Source: Chara braunii (taxonomy: Eukaryota > Plantae > Charophyceae). From it: a DNA stretch of 64,000 nt. The number at the start of each line of letters is the position of its first letter. The stretch's first letter is position 1. A program made the position numbers and the translations under genes. Positions 1-13,464 of the stretch are shown in pieces. A model generated the notes under the pieces. The model saw only the letters and a list, made by a program, of their open reading frames with translations. It was not told where the DNA came from and made no database searches. The DNA lies in the NCBI GenBank assembly GCA_003427395.1, contig BFEA01000041.1, positions 4,533,545 to 4,597,544 on the forward strand, in the 5' to 3' direction.

Positions 1-71
<71 letters not shown>
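1..71. repeat. (AG)n microsatellite
   Basis: Perfect AG run. Similar runs at 2872-2935, 36846-36919 and 47803-47862. Confidence 0.98.
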
Positions 72-72
<1 letters not shown>

Positions 73-590
73 GGACGGACGAACAGAGGGCAGCGAGGCT
101 ACCTTTTTGGTTCCATGGCAATAGTGACCATAAACAGATTGTATCAAGTTTAATTTTGTATCATAATAAAGACATCGGGCCGGGTTTTGATCTCACCGCT
201 TGCTGATTCTTGTCTCAGTGAAGTTCGTTGTGCTGCGATGATTTGTGTGTCCCATGTGCACGTTTGAAGCAGTGATTATGGGCTTGTCTCTTCTGCTTGC
301 CTATCCTACTGCTGCATAAAGCACCAATGATCACATAAGGGGATTCAAATCCACCATAAGTAAGGGGAGAGCCACAGGAGTTGTGACGCTATTCCCCTAG
401 TACCCTGTTTGCTTGCTTTCTAACTCTAATCCTGCTAAAGCCCACCCATATTGTATTTCGTGTCTTCCTCTCCCCCACACACGTGCACTCACACGTGCGT
501 GCACATGCGTGTTAATGTGTGTGTGAATGTGGAATGTGCTTGCAGCCTTGCACGCATATGCACACACTCTCTATTATACACGTGCATGCC

Positions 591-668
591 AAAGAAGAAG
601 GAGGAGAAGAAGAAGAAGAAGAAGAAGAAGAAGAAGAAGAAGAAGAAGAAGAAGAAGAAGAAGAAGAA
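591..668. repeat. (AAG)n microsatellite
   Basis: AAG run that explains the poly-K/R/L ORFs in the track. Confidence 0.97.
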
Positions 669-1009
669 AGTGGGCGATGAGGATGAGGAAGGTGAGCAGT
701 AGAAGGATCATGGAGATCATGGAGGTCTGTGAGACAGTGATGGATGATAAACAGGGCTGTGATGGTTGGTTGATCAAATAGCGACTATAATGACAATCCA
801 GTTATTGGAACTGTACGTGACCAGACAGGAGCAGAACGGTATGTGTTCCAGTGGTTTGAAGATGTGACGGGAAGGCTCCGGTAAAGGAACATCTTTTCTG
901 GCCACGGACTCATAATTGGCCCGCTTGTTTCCGGAAAAAAAAAAAAAAAAAAAAAAAAAGGAAGAAGAAGAAGAAGAAGGTCTGGTCAAAACCACCATGA
1001 AATTATGAA

Positions 1010-1865
1010 AATTGCTGTTTCAGTTGCTGGCCCTGGAGGTGGTGGGATAGGATCTGGCGTCAGCTAGGCACCTCCATACAGTGGCCCTGGAACTGGAAAG
1101 CGTTGCTTTGTGAAACTCGGAGTCCGGATCAGTTGAGCGACTACGAACTTAACATGTTTAAAATAGGGAGGAGGGCAGTGTTGTGGGCCATATGGTGGCG
1201 CTGCTGCACAATGGAAATGGAAGGTAGTCGACAGGATGGTCCGGAGTTTATTGATTCAATCAGGCAACATATTCAGGCAGAGATAACAATACAATGGGAC
1301 CTGATAAAAGAAAAGCTGACATTTCTTAACTCCAAAAAGGAGATCCAAGCAACTATTTAAAACTTCAGCAAAGACTGGCTGGTGGGGGGAACAAGGGGGC
1401 AGAATGGCGACAGTGGCCTGGAAAAGGGGGAAGGGGGAAGAACTGGGTAGTGGGGAGGAGCAGGAAATGCTGGTTAGAGATTATACCCTCTCCTTTCATG
1501 ATTGGATTCTCTCAGACCCATCTTTCCCCCTGAGGCCCCTCTCAGATTTCTCAGATCTCTTCCCGCCCTTGGATCTTTCTATAGTGGGATCGTCATGGTA
1601 CGGAGGGGGAGAAGAGTGCGAGAAAAGGAAGGGTGCTGCTAGTATATTGAATGTAAGATCTGGCATCTCCTCGGAGTTTGAAGAGGCAGAACTTCCAAAA
1701 AAAGCTGCGCAGTCAACGCCCCAGGTCCACTTGGGCAGTCAATGCTGGCAGCCAAAATCATACTTTGCTGTAGATGTTCCTCAATTGATACAATTGATAT
1801 GATGTTCTGGGACGCTGGACCCGTTTTTCACCAGGTGCCGCTCCCCACCAATAGATGGAGCCTCC
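1010..1865 (+). mobile_element. 5'-truncated LINE: C-terminus of ORF2 plus 3' end
   Basis: GRRAVLWAIW..MEG..IRQHIQAEI and RDYTLSFHDW..DLFPP..WYGGGE align with the ORF2 end at 31500-31941 (GRKAVLWAL..MEG..IQQFVQSEI; RDYQITFHSW..DPFPP..WFGGEE). The same 3' terminal motif is at 1809-1862. Confidence 0.8.
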
Positions 1866-2871
1866 TCGGGAGTGGTAGTGGTAGTGGTGTCTGCTCTTAT
1901 CAGCACCCCTGGCATTAGCCGGGGAGTTTGTTTAAAAAAAGTTGCCGGCCAATCAAGTTGATGCGGTGAGAGCTTTCCGATATATTTAGTTTCCTTTTGG
2001 CAGCTCCGTGCGGTCCTGCGGTCACCCAGAAAAAAGGTTGTCCTACAACACATCTCCCGGTCCCACTTCCCGTCCTCTCCCCTGCAGCGGTGCATACATT
2101 AGTAGCTGGAGACGATCGGAGTACTAGGGCATGTGTTTTGGCCTCTGCAGTGCTTTTGTGTCGTTAGCATATCGTGTTCCCTGGAAGATTGTATTGCCCA
2201 AAAAGCGAGGGATTTGATTGAGCTCCGCTTTCCATATGAGAAATGAAAAAGAAACCGTAAGAACTGGTTGTTGCTTCATCATGACGGTCGTTTCTTTTCT
2301 TTTTCTCCTATACCACGTTGTCTCTTTTACATCCCTCAGGCTGTTATTCTGAAAAACGATCTCCCAGTGCTTGCCATCCGATGTAGGCTATCCAATGGGT
2401 GACTGGAGAAGCAGCATCCCTATTTTTTGGAGGGGTAGTTTTTCTTTTTCCATTTGAGAACGCACCCTTGTCAATGGCTGACTACACAGGCAACCTCCCT
2501 GTTTCTATTGAGGAGCAATTTTTCTTTCTTCTCTGAGAGAAATTCGCTGTATTACTAAGAAAAATTGGCTTTATTACCGTCTTTCTCTGAACACGTTTTT
2601 TAAACTTTTTTTCATCGTTTTTGTTTTCTCAAATGAATATCGACCATGGCTTTGTATCGGACAAGGGATAGGAGCCCTAGCCTAATTATCAAGGGTTCAC
2701 TGAGTTATGATGACCCCGTTTTATTTGTGAGAGGCAGCACGTGCTGAAGACCCAGCCCAGCATCCNNNNNNNNNNNNNNNNNNNNNNNNNNNNNNNNNNN
2801 NNNNNNNNNNNNNNNNNNNNNNNNNNNNNNNNNNNNNNNNNNNNNNNNNNNNNNNNNNNNNNNNNNNNNNN

Positions 2872-2937
<66 letters not shown>

Positions 2938-2944
2938 AAACACA

Positions 2945-4719
2945 ATGGAAATATGAACGAAGAAGTTAACATGAGCTTTAATTTCATGGCGCTGTCATCT
3001 CCTCCTAAACCTTCCCTCAGCAAATCACACCGCTGAGAAAAAACTCAAGCCTTCCACTCATCATGCCACTCAGATTGAGGCATAGACTCAAGAAAGCATG
3101 CCATAATAAATTTAAAGTCTTCCCAGCGTGGATTACTTCCAAAGAGGATTGACTGTATTGAAGGGTCCTGAAAAGCCTGTGAGGACCTCTTCTTCCCATG
3201 GATTACCGGAATTTACTCCCAAAGGAAAGGAGGATTGGCTGGAAAGGGGCTAGAAACCGCCACTAGTTCTCTCTTGTTTAAAACGGTCTTGGACTCACTC
3301 CCAGAAGATCAGGAGCCAACAATAAGTACCTGAGGTCAGACCAGCCAGGAAGAACGACACTCATAGCCTCAGCTAAGAAAGGAGGGAGGGGCGGACGAAG
3401 ATAAACAAGACAAAAAGGAGATCGGGAAATCGCATCGTTCAACTATCCCCTGTTTCCTACATGCAGGTCACGCATGCACACAAATCATCCCATTTTACTT
3501 AGATCAATCAAACAGACTGTCCATGCATGCAATCACTCAAAAGAGGTCCTCAAGCAACAACCATCCATTAACTGGACAGATTCAGGGATGGAAAGAAACG
3601 AGAAGCAGATCTGCCTTGTTCAGACAACAATTGAAAGGAAGAAGGTTGAAGTTCCGCTTTACAAAAATTAGAAGGAAAGAAAGGAAGAAATACACAACAC
3701 CACCCAGTCTCCTCACACACTCTCCCTCTCATCAACGCCCAACTCCTCACTCGGTGCAGGCAGGCCATCGTCATGAACCCACCATCAAACATGAATCGTC
3801 ACCCCACATAGTCTGATTACGCAAGTCAGGTTCGCCGGTGCACCGCAGTCCATCACGGCCACACGTTAAGCCCGCACAATCACCACCAGCTTGTCGGATC
3901 GCCTGATCCCACACTCACCTGTTGTATGCTCTCCCTGGTTAGCTGATCCTCTCGACCGCGCCAACTCCCAAGTTTAGATTACAGAGGTCGCACTTGTGGA
4001 GTTTATAGCAAAAAGGTGCATGCGCACAATGCCCGGGATTACAAAGAGAGAAGGAAAGGGACTGCCTACGATTAGCGTGCCCGGGCCGTGGCATGGGGGA
4101 CCTGGCCACTCTCCACTCATTGATCCTGACATGCATGGCATTGGGAAGGAACTGGGACCCCGCATGCATACAGCAATGACTCTGAGTCAGCAGAGGAAAT
4201 AGATTACAGTTACGTGCGTGGATCAAAAAGAGAAGGAAAACAGTTGAAAAACGGGGGTTGAGGCGCGGCGGGAAAAGAGAGCAAGGCGGTGCGCACACAA
4301 GCAAGAATTCGTGTGCAGTTGTTGACATTGCCAGCCACAACACAGCATGCCTAAATTTCTATTCTAACTAAAGTCCTAATTCCAAAAAAATCCGATCTAA
4401 ATTCCAATTATCCGCGCGGTTTGTCCGCATGATCTCCTAGTAGAACTCGAAGTTCAAACGTGATGATTGCACCACAATGTCCCTGCCCCTAGGTTCCATC
4501 AGAGCAAAAAGGAGAGGGCCATGTCACCGTCTTTCTCGCACTCGCTAAGGCGCGTCCTAACTGCCAACAGTTGCATGGTTGAGGCCAAGTTTTACAAAAT
4601 TGAAAAAGGAGAAATCAGGGGCACCTGTGCAATTAGCCCTATCATTCATACATAGGCCTCTTAAGGGCCCGAAGTCATTCGCGCAGACAATGGCGTGCAT
4701 CAGAAAAGGGATTATCACA
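2945..4719 (-). mobile_element. Diverged LTR (solo or relic) related to the element B LTRs
   Basis: Minus strand starts TGTGATA at 4719. The reverse complement of ~4050-4140 (gcatgtcaggatcaatgagtggagagtggccaggtcccccatgccacgg..cgtaggc) matches 61930-62000. Left boundary is uncertain. Confidence 0.6.
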
Positions 4720-5289
4720 CCGCTGGTTTGTCTTTTCCTGGCACGCAGGCGGGAATCTGCTTCGGCAAAAGGAATCCTCCAAGTACTTTTGGTTTAACTG
4801 GAAACCCTGCACATCGCAGAATGACAATCGGAAAGTCTTCTGGTTGAATACTTCAGTGAAGTTTCCCTTACCTCTCACCAACTTTGACTCTTCGTCCACC
4901 GAAGGAGTCCCTAAAGCCAGAAATGGTTTCACGCGAACCACTGCATGCCGCCCAACCTCACCAATGACCTCCCCAACGCACACCTCCTCGTGACCCTCCC
5001 CCCCTGCTACCCCCCCACCCTCCACCTTCCATTCCCTCCCCACCCTCTTATCCACAGCCGTTATCAAGTCCCATCCCTCTCCATCCCCCTCACCTTGATA
5101 CAGCCATTACCTCTCGGGACCTACCCGCACTGTCTCTTGTATTGCTGGGCAAGCAACTCGCCAAGTGAAAAAAATGGCATCTCAGATGTAGGAATGGTGG
5201 GAGGTCTGAGAAGAAAGGGTCTGGGATCAGGGGAAGGTAGTCAGGGAATAGGCAGAGAATCAGGACTTGGCAAGTGTTAAGCAGGACAA

Positions 5290-5613
5290 GATACGAGGCT
5301 CGTTCGACTACACTTCCACCAGGGCTGGGTCGCTAGCCCTGGTGCCTGTCACTACTGTTCGGTCCAAGTTCCAATTTTAACGGATGTCCCGAAGGACTTC
5401 GGTCCAAGTTCCCCTCGAGACTGGTAGGGTTATGGTCCTGAGTGCTGGTCACACTGACATAGGATAGTAGGGATAGGGGATGTGCTAGGAGTATTGACAC
5501 GAGGATGGGATGGGAGGTGGCCTCGCCTCCTCAGGGCGACCACGGCTGACCTCTTCCAGCGATCAATGTGTGCCTAGTAACTGGCCTCTACAACACCCTG
5601 GACTTTCTATTGG

Positions 5614-5652
<39 letters not shown>
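5290..5652 (+). mobile_element. 3' end of a poly(A)-tailed retroposon (second family)
   Basis: cagggctgggt..tagccctggtgc..tcctgagtg..cactga..gggataggg is shared with 19180-19520 and more loosely with 18890-19123. Each copy ends in an A-rich tail. Confidence 0.5.
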
Positions 5653-5655
<3 letters not shown>

Positions 5656-6012
5656 AGAAGAAGCAGGACAAGATACGATCAATGCTACTCTCTACACAGG
5701 AAACCACAGGTAAACTACGGACGGTGAGAAGGGACACTGGACCCCGTTTCCAGCAGGTGAAGCTCCCCGCCTATAAACTGGAGACTGCACAAGTAAAGGG
5801 GAGACTACTGCAGGGGGGTGCTCATATCACCCCTTGCAGTACTTTCCCTCTACAGCAGTTCAAAAGGAAAACCTGGATGATCATTGAGAGCAGGGATAGA
5901 TCACGCGAGTCAGTTACCTTAGGGCTCTGCTTTGGGGGTCCAGGGCCGCAGGTGGGACAAATAAGGGTATCCTATTGTTGGGGGGGATTACGTAGAAGAG
6001 CTCCAAGGTAGG

Positions 6013-6277
6013 TGTGACCGCGCCAGCTTCCGGACCTGCACCATCTTCAACCCCCCCCCTTTTTTTTGTGATCTTTTGCAACCAGAACAAAGAGGCCCCT
6101 TTTTGTGTTTTTATGAATCGATGCGCATTACTCGTAATCAAAGAGGCCTGCCCCTTGTCATTCTGGTCGGTTTTTGGAATTCCATTTTTCACAAATTGGG
6201 AAATACATGGGAATCACGCGTGCCTTAGCGAGCGCGCTGGGGATTTGGCTTGATGGTTAGGAATTCCGGAATAAGCG
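6013..6277 (+). repeat. Truncated 5' LTR of element A
   Basis: Near-identical to 11155-11423 up to ...aataagcg. Confidence 0.9.
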
Positions 6278-7239
6278 TGATGAATGTTGCTTTTCAAAAC
6301 TTCGTGCGAAAAACGCGGCTGGCGCAAAGCATTATTAATTATTGTGTGATTGTATATATGGATTATATTCTGGTATATTCGAGTACCTACGAAGGGCATG
6401 TGCAACACATTGAATGGACATTGCACACATTGAAGGACGCTGGATTTAAGGTGGCTCTCGAGAAGTGCTAGTTTTTCCTCACGACAATTGGCCGCGTGGT
6501 TACGGACAAGGGTTTGCAGCCAGAGCCTCAGAAGGTGGCAGCCTTTAAGGACGCACTGGTGCCGACATCAGTGACACAACTTGGGGGCTGACATCATACT
6601 ATCGGAGGTTTTATCAAGGGGTTTGCAGCGATTGCGAGGCCACTCACGAACTTGTTAAAAAAAGATCAGCCGTTGATCTGGACCCCGCAGTGCGATTGGG
6701 TCGTTCGAGAACTTAAGGCGACTCTGATCTCGGCCCCGGTCCTCATAAGACCGGACCCGGAAAAGCCTTTTGTCCTCCTCACCGATTGACAGCCCGAGGT
6801 GATCTCAACGATTTTGGCCCATGTGGGACCTGATGGCTTGGAACACATGGTGGAATACGCGTCCAAATCGATACCTACCTGCAAGCGGAACTACTTTGCT
6901 CCAATGGGAGAATGCTACGCGACATTGTGGGGAATCAGTCACTTCCGAGCCTATTTATATGGCCGGAAGTTCACATTGGTAATCGATCATGAACCATTGC
7001 TGGCCCTGAAGAAGTCCAAGGATTACTCGGGTATGATAGGACGATGGGCCACTACATTGCAGAACATGGACTTTGACATCCGCCATCGGAAACACGAGAG
7101 ACACGGCAACGCGGACGGACTGACACGACTGCACCGACCCGACAAAATACCCAACAGTGAGGAAGTGACACCGTGGCACGACCCGGAGGCGAAAAACGAG
7201 CCTCGGTACGGTAAGGTGGAGATCCTTCTGAAGAATTGA
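6278..7239 (+). pseudogene. pol: pol fragment: RT C-terminal half plus RNase H
   Basis: CVIVYMDY (decayed YxDD), ALEKC, YYRRFIKGF, TD.QPE, ECYA, DHEPL, HGNADGL. Contains stops and frameshifts. Confidence 0.9.
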
Positions 7240-7272
7240 GTGGATACACACACTCTCTCTCTCTCTGGAACC

Positions 7273-8975
7273 ATGACGCCCCCTTCTTCTTCTTCTTCTT
7301 CTCTCAACCCCCCGCACTCAGACTTTTTTGCCAATCTCCCTGACAAATTCTGTTATTTCTGCACATGTATCACACGGGTTTATGGGGTAGACTGTTATCC
7401 CTATGAGACTCGATTCACTGACTGGGTATATTGCGCCATATGTGTCAACCGTGCGCATGGCGCGTGTGTTCGATATCGAACGAGTAGTAAGGCATGGAAG
7501 TGTCGTCTGTGTCGAACGGATAAGCTTCCTATAGGGGTTCGATTCGAGGCTGCCAGAACTGACGTTCCCGAATACGGCGAAAAATACCGCAGGGCTGAAG
7601 TATGGACGAACAAGATATTACTGGCTAAATTAGTTGGTTAACCATTAGACCATCTTACTAAGCATGACAGACGTCGAGCAACGGAGAGGTCATGAGATTA
7701 TCAATGGATCAACGGTCATCTGGAAACGTGTAAAACCGACGGATCGGGATTATGGTTGACGGTTCCCCATCCATTTCAGTGATACGACTGGACCAAATTT
7801 GCGCACGAGGAGCAAGCTGCTCAATTTGTTATACGCGTCACCGAAGCAGCCATCGATCAGAATCGATGGTTCTGGTCTAACATTTGTGACGATGTTAGGC
7901 ACGTGGTTGCCAATTGTCTAGTCTGTGCTGCCGATCCTGTACCTAGCTGTGGGCAAAATACGATAGTTCCGACAAAAGTAGAGCGTCCTTTTCAACAGGT
8001 CGGTATGGACACGACAGACATTGACGTGCCACCTGATCCCAATCGTTGTGAATATTTCATTCTCTTGGTGTTAATCGAGCACTTCTCGAAATATATTGAA
8101 GTCTACCCCTGTAGAACATGTAAGGCCTCCGAAATAGCTAAATACATCGACCGATTCCTCAATACCCATCTGGATACAAAAGAGATTCTAACCGAGAATG
8201 GGTCCGAATTCAAAGTCGAGGTAGATGAATTACTGATGTGTCGTGGCGTTACCCTCCGACACACCGCTCCCCATGTCTCTCAGTCCAATGGGATGGCCGA
8301 GAACGCGAACCGCATGATGAAAACCGCTCTTCGCAGAAACTTAGCGGCCAATGACACGCGTCCTTGGCCCGAGATAGTGTATCAAATCATCGGGATCCAT
8401 CGAGCGACCCCTCATTAGTCCACTGGATTCACCCCCTTTCAGCTTCGAACAAATAGTATCCCATATGTCGACAATCGAAGTGTCTCGGAAATCGCCGAAA
8501 CAGGGGAAAGGGACACGCGGTCGGCTCTCAAGGCCAAGGCTAAGCGGTATGCGGAGTTAATGGAAAAGACTATCCCTAGGCTAGCCCGAAAAAGGCAGAA
8601 AATGACTGAACTAGCCCACAATAGGCGGTCCGTAGTTACGAGGCCCGGAATGAGAATGCAGACCCACAACACCAGTATAAGTTAGGGGACCTAGTGCAGG
8701 TACGTAAGTGTGCACGCGATCGAAAACTCGCTCCCAAGTTTTTTGGCTGCTTTCGCGTAGTGGAACTCGGCCCTAACGGAGCAAATACTGTGTACATCGC
8801 TCCTAAGACCGGCGCCTGCCATAACTCTCTTCCTATTGTCCGCCATACCTCCTACCTTCGCCCTCTCCCGCCCTCTGAGGACCCTATCTCGCCTTAGTCC
8901 TCTTTTTCCAGCCCAGACGAAGACCTTGCTTCCTCCCCTTTGTCTGATACTGCTTCTCCTCGACCTTCGCCATGA
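7273..8975 (+). pseudogene. PHD-finger/integrase ORF of element A
   Basis: PHD at 7351-7512 (CYFC..WVYCAIC-x4-H-GAC..WKCRLC), in frame with a decayed HHCC (AHEE..CLVC), a DDE core (MDTTD, LTENG, SNGMAE) and a GPY/F-like region (KLAPKFFGCFRVVE). Several premature stops. Confidence 0.85.
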
Positions 8976-9441
8976 GTTTCGCCATCGAACCGGCCCTTCC
9001 TGCGCAGCTTCTTCAGCCTCAACCTTCGTTGCAGTTTCGCCAAGTCTCGCATCCTTCCTCCGGTTTGCGCAACTGTTCAGCCACCGAGCCTGGTGCGCAA
9101 CTGTAGAAGTAACGATTTCAACAGAGTTGGGAGCAACGATCATCTTGGTGGAAGCTTCAGCGTTCGTGCGATTCTCCTAGCCTAATCAGAGTGATGTAAC
9201 GGTGATCGTCGCCTTCAGTGGTGATCTGTGCACTATCAGCTTTCAATGACGCAACGCGGTGGTCACCAGCCTCTACGAGTGGGGGAAGGCGTTGGTGGCA
9301 GATTGGCGGCAGCGACTGGCCCGGCCAGGCCGACAAGTAGTGGGGGCCGACTGTATCGATACTTTTTCTCTCCGAACTAGTAGCACTGATCCCCCATCTC
9401 GTCCCCTTCCCCCTCTTCGTCCTTACCCTTTGCGCAGATGA
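8972..9441 (+). pseudogene. Accessory ORF X1 of element A, unknown function
   Basis: MSFAIEPAL..RQVSHP..LRFAQLFS..TSLYEWGKALVADW..DCIDTFSLRTS is homologous to 59099-59509. One frameshift and two stops. Confidence 0.7.
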
Positions 9442-10243
9442 ATGGCTTCTCGACCTTCTCCCTCCCTTCTAATCTTCCAACTCTCTAGCCATCTTGGGCC
9501 GATCCCCTTCTAACCTTGGAGATTCGCCCCGCCACGATCCCTACCTTCTTACGTCCGCAAGTGGACTGAATTCACGTCAGTTAGCGTGTGCATGCTAACG
9601 GTGAGGTGTACGTGGGTTCGATACTACAACAATCGGGAGCTGGAGATCTATAACGAGATCTCGCTAGTGCTAGCGCAGGAGTGGTCGACAGAGACGGAGA
9701 CCTGTGGCACTTTAGTTGGACTTCTTTGTGGAGAGATTGCTGAAGGAGGTAGAGCGACGGTCGCCTACGAGCTCCTCACTTTCATGTCCTAGCTCGTCGA
9801 CGATCCGCCGACGAACATCATCTCCTTCAATCCAAGCGATCCTAGCCAAGCCGAGCCTGTCACATTGGAGAGGACGTTGACGCCAACAGTAATTTGGGGG
9901 AACTGTACAGAGGATTTCTGTCAATACTTGAGCGATCACAATCCCATGGTTTGGCGCTATCTGGACCTGGACGATCTTGCGCTGGATAATTCCGACCTAA
10001 ACGGTTCTGGAACGCTCATCAGGCACACCGCGAGGTGCCATCGGACGACGATCCGGGACGCATAGCCATCGCGGGTCTGTCAACGGAAGAAGAGTCGAAA
10101 GCCATATCAACGTCGAAGGAAGAAGAGGAGGCATCAACACCCGAGCCCTGAGAGGCTCCGCTGGCCCGAGCGCCACCTGTTGGATGGGAAGGATCTGCTT
10201 TGAACCCCGAAGTCCCTACTGACGTCGCCAGTCGACACGATGG
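9438..10243 (+). pseudogene. Accessory ORF X2 of element A
   Basis: MNGFSTFSLPS..SVCMLTVRCTW..QEWSTE..LVDDPP..RTLTP..YLD plus an acidic tail. Homologous to 59506-60456. Confidence 0.7.
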
Positions 10244-10833
10244 CGCAAAATCCTTCCGCTGCCACCACCGCTCTTGCTCACCATCTCCCTCCTCATCCAC
10301 CCCCTTCGCACTTCGTCCCCGTCCTCCTTCCCGGACAAGCCCTCCGACCTCGTCCAATCTACCACCGCCCTCTTGATTATCTCTCATTCTCTCCTCTTCC
10401 CCACATCGAGTTCCCTCCAAACTACCACATTTTCGCCAACCAGCTCTTCTGCCATCACTTTGCCGTGCGACTCTTATGCAAAGTCTTCCCTCATCGCTCC
10501 CCGTCCTTCCCTCTCAACATCCTTCTCTTCAGTGTCGCCTGGAGATAGTACAACCATATGAAGTTGTATTGCATCGTCTCCGCGACCTTTCCCGCAGTAG
10601 AGGACTATGAGTCCCTATGCGATAATGCCCTCCGCACTATCCCTACCCTGTATCCCGACTACCTCCTCTCTCTCTCCCGACCAAACCATCAATTCCCTCG
10701 AGCGCACCGAATCGTCCACTTTGTCGATCTCGGTGACGAAGCATCCGACTACTTCCCTCCGCTCCCAGCTGAATGGCCTAGACTTCTCCTCAACCCTCTC
10801 CTCATCAGTTACCGCCGAGCGGACTTTCAGTGA
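10240..10833 (+). pseudogene. Accessory ORF X3 of element A
   Basis: LRPRPIYHRPLD..LLFSVAWR..YCIVSATFPAVE..TLYPDYLLSL..FPR..PPLP is homologous to 60453-61042. One internal stop. Confidence 0.75.
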
Positions 10834-11154
10834 CTGAGCAGAAGCAGGCAAGATCGGCGGACCGTGATGGTGTCATTTGGACGACCGCCGCCAATCAAGG
10901 AGGCAGGAAGTTGCACATGACAGGGCTGGATGGTAGACGTCCTGAAAGAACGAGCCAGCGGATTCGCGAAGACACTGCAATTGAAGTTGGCATCAACATG
11001 GACTCTGGCCCGATCTAGTGCTCATACATCTTGATACGCTCGGTTCCTCATTCATCCCCTCGCCCCCTTCTTCCCCCTCCACCATGTACACTTGTTTTCA
11101 TGCATGCAATCAGGAGATCGCATAATTTTGGAACCCCCTTAGCGTCACATATTA

Positions 11155-13290
11155 TGTGACGCGCCAGCTTCCGGACCTGCGCCATCCTCCCCCCCCCCCC
11201 CCCCCTTTTTTTGGTGATATTTTCAAACTAGAACAAAGAGGCCCCTTTTTGTGTTTTTATGAATCGATGCGCATTACTCGTAATCAAAGAGGCATGCCCC
11301 TTGTTATTTTGGTCGGTTTTTGGAATTCCATTTTTCACAAATTGGGAAATACATGGGAATTACGTGCGCCTTAGCGAGCACGCTGGGGATTTGGCTCGAC
11401 AGTTAGGAATTTCTGAATAAGCGGGACCCGATGTGTCCTTTTTGTTCGTAAATGTTCTCGACCTCGTCTCGGAAAACTCTGGGAATTATTGTGTGAATCT
11501 GAATAGGCGTAGGACTTTATCTCGCGCTCACTTTACGCGCGAGGCTGATGCTTTTCAATTTTGAATTAGTGTAGGATTCTGAATGAGCTGCAACTGTTTC
11601 AGTGCCCTTTTTGCTTTCGTATCGATGCTATGCATGTGAGCTCCTCCCCCCCCCCCCTTGTCTCTGTTTCCCTCGCTACCTTCGACGCTCTCCTCTTCAC
11701 GCTCACACTCCTTTTCTCTCTCTCTCTAACCACTTTTCCATCTCTGCTTTGCCTCGCGCGCCCTTGTTTTATTTTCTTGATCGTCTGAATCTTGGCTCCG
11801 TGCCACGCTATCCTTCGCGCCCTTCTTCCTCTTGCTCTAATCCTTGCACCAGAATACCCTATCGATCTCCTCCTCCTCCCCTCTAGCCAAAGAGACGCGT
11901 CGTGTAAGAGGGAAATTCCTGTTAAGCGATGATTCTGATTGGCTACAACCGGGATCCGACGGATCGACATGGCTTTCGTCAGGCGATTATCCCTGAACCT
12001 TCCCCTACCTCTCCCTACCTTAGTCCTAACACTTCCTGGCATCTACCTCCTTTTCCACAACTATAAATTCCACAAGCGCTACCAAAAATCTCTCTCTCAA
12101 CTCATCAGCCAGCTTCCGGGAAGCAGTGGCTAGGTGGTGCGTGTAAAGGTGCGAGTCGAAAAGTCTTGACGGGCTGATTGTAGTCTTGTCCGCTGCGCGC
12201 TGGATCGCCCGACGAACTGTGGGATCCAGGCAAGGCCGCGCAGAGACTAAGTCGGCATCAGTGTCGGTGTGAGGTTCGAATTGAAGGTTGAGTGGATGTG
12301 TGGCCTGGGGCCATGGTATAATTTTATGGCAAATGCGCCTCTTTTGTCTCGAAGTGGAAGTCTTCAAGCGTGAGTTTCCGTTCACCCGACATTTGAGCTG
12401 AAATTTCTCGTCAAGATCGTCGGACTTTCTTGTGTAATTATCCTCTGCTTTCTTCCCTCCTCTGATCTACGTCTCTTCTCCTCCACACCTTCCTTCTGCT
12501 ACGTTTCTACTATAATAAGTGGGTTATGTTGATTTCTCTCCTCTCACTTGTAATGTGCATGACAGGGATGTTGTTTGATTGATCAGATGAACGCGGGATG
12601 GGATTGAGTAGTGTATCGAATGAATGATGCATGATTGATCGTGCGTGATTGTCCTTGTTGCCATGTGGACTGACAACCCCAATCTGACTGGGCGCCGACT
12701 TCCCGTGCCCCCGCCACGCCCCTTCCCGTATAATGAGGAGAGGGAAGTGTATGCGAGTGGGACGTACGAGAAGTCGTCGCCAAGATCAACGGGCGTTATT
12801 ACTTCCCACCCGAGACCCGGTGCTCCAGATTTATCGGTGCAGGATTCGACATCATCGATACGCACTTTCCACCTTATGCGTTGTTGTTGCCATTTAATGA
12901 GTTGATCGTCATCCCGTGGTCGGCAGTGGTGCCTCATTGGCCTAGCACTCTGTGCAGCGACTGTTGCCGCATTGAGCGTTACAGAGACAAGGGCTTCCAT
13001 TACCGCACACGTGGCGAGGACGAACACAAGGAGAGAGCCGCTCGATTGAGACCCTCCACGTCGGACTCAGATTTGTGGAGTGAACGTCGGGGGGACCTCA
13101 TCCGAAAACGGGATACTACATGTGTACCCTCCCCCTTTTATTCAAAATGAAAGGCAACGGCTCGCTGGGAAGTACAACGCTACTTTCTGGATTGAATTTC
13201 CCATCGCCGTAAGCCCCGCGCGCGCCCTTTTCTTCAACCAGCGCGACGACGGATCCCTTCTTACTAAAGTTGGACCAACACGGGGGATCT
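11155..13290 (+). repeat. 3' LTR of element A (right end approximate)
   Basis: Starts TGTGACGCGCC, matches 6013-6277 and contains the conserved LTR ORF. Runs into a poly-T at ~13294. Confidence 0.7.
12663..13150 (+). pseudogene. LTR-embedded ORF, one frameshift
   Basis: FIGAGFDIIDTHFPPYALLLPFNELIVIPWSAVVPHWPSTLCSDC aligns with 52443-52856. Confidence 0.65.
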
Positions 13291-13425
13291 CAATTTTTTT
13301 TTTTTTTAAACGGGCCAAGTACCCAAGGCTAATATTAGCAATAACAAGATTGAGGCCGGGGTCCTCACAGTCTACCCGGAGTGACCGAACCGAACTTGCT
13401 GAGAACCAGGCTCAGCGTCCCTCAT

Positions 13426-13461
<36 letters not shown>
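13426..13461. repeat. (GAT)n microsatellite
   Basis: Perfect trinucleotide run. Confidence 0.95.

Positions 13462-13464
<3 letters not shown>

Larger units (their letters stand above)
6013..13290 (+). mobile_element. Ty3/Gypsy LTR retrotransposon A, internally deleted and decayed
   Basis: Direct repeats beginning TGTGAC at 6013 and 11155, with RT-RNaseH-integrase order between them. The 5' LTR breaks at ~6277 directly into RT. The right end is approximate and no TSD was found. Confidence 0.9.

Noticed and set aside
451-781. Poly-K/R/L ORFs, and the poly-SL/ER ORFs at 2689-3023 and 47714-48176
   Set aside because: They are translations of microsatellites and N gaps.
3024-4725. 12-bp direct repeat ATCACACCGCTG at 3024 and 4714 as the TSD of the minus-strand LTR
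   Set aside because: It overlaps the LTR terminus, and LTR-like sequence may extend past 3024. Unresolved and possibly chance.
10830-11018. A fourth coupled ORF after X3 (GTGA overlap)
   Set aside because: No alignable counterpart in element B, where only very short frames follow the stop at 61042.
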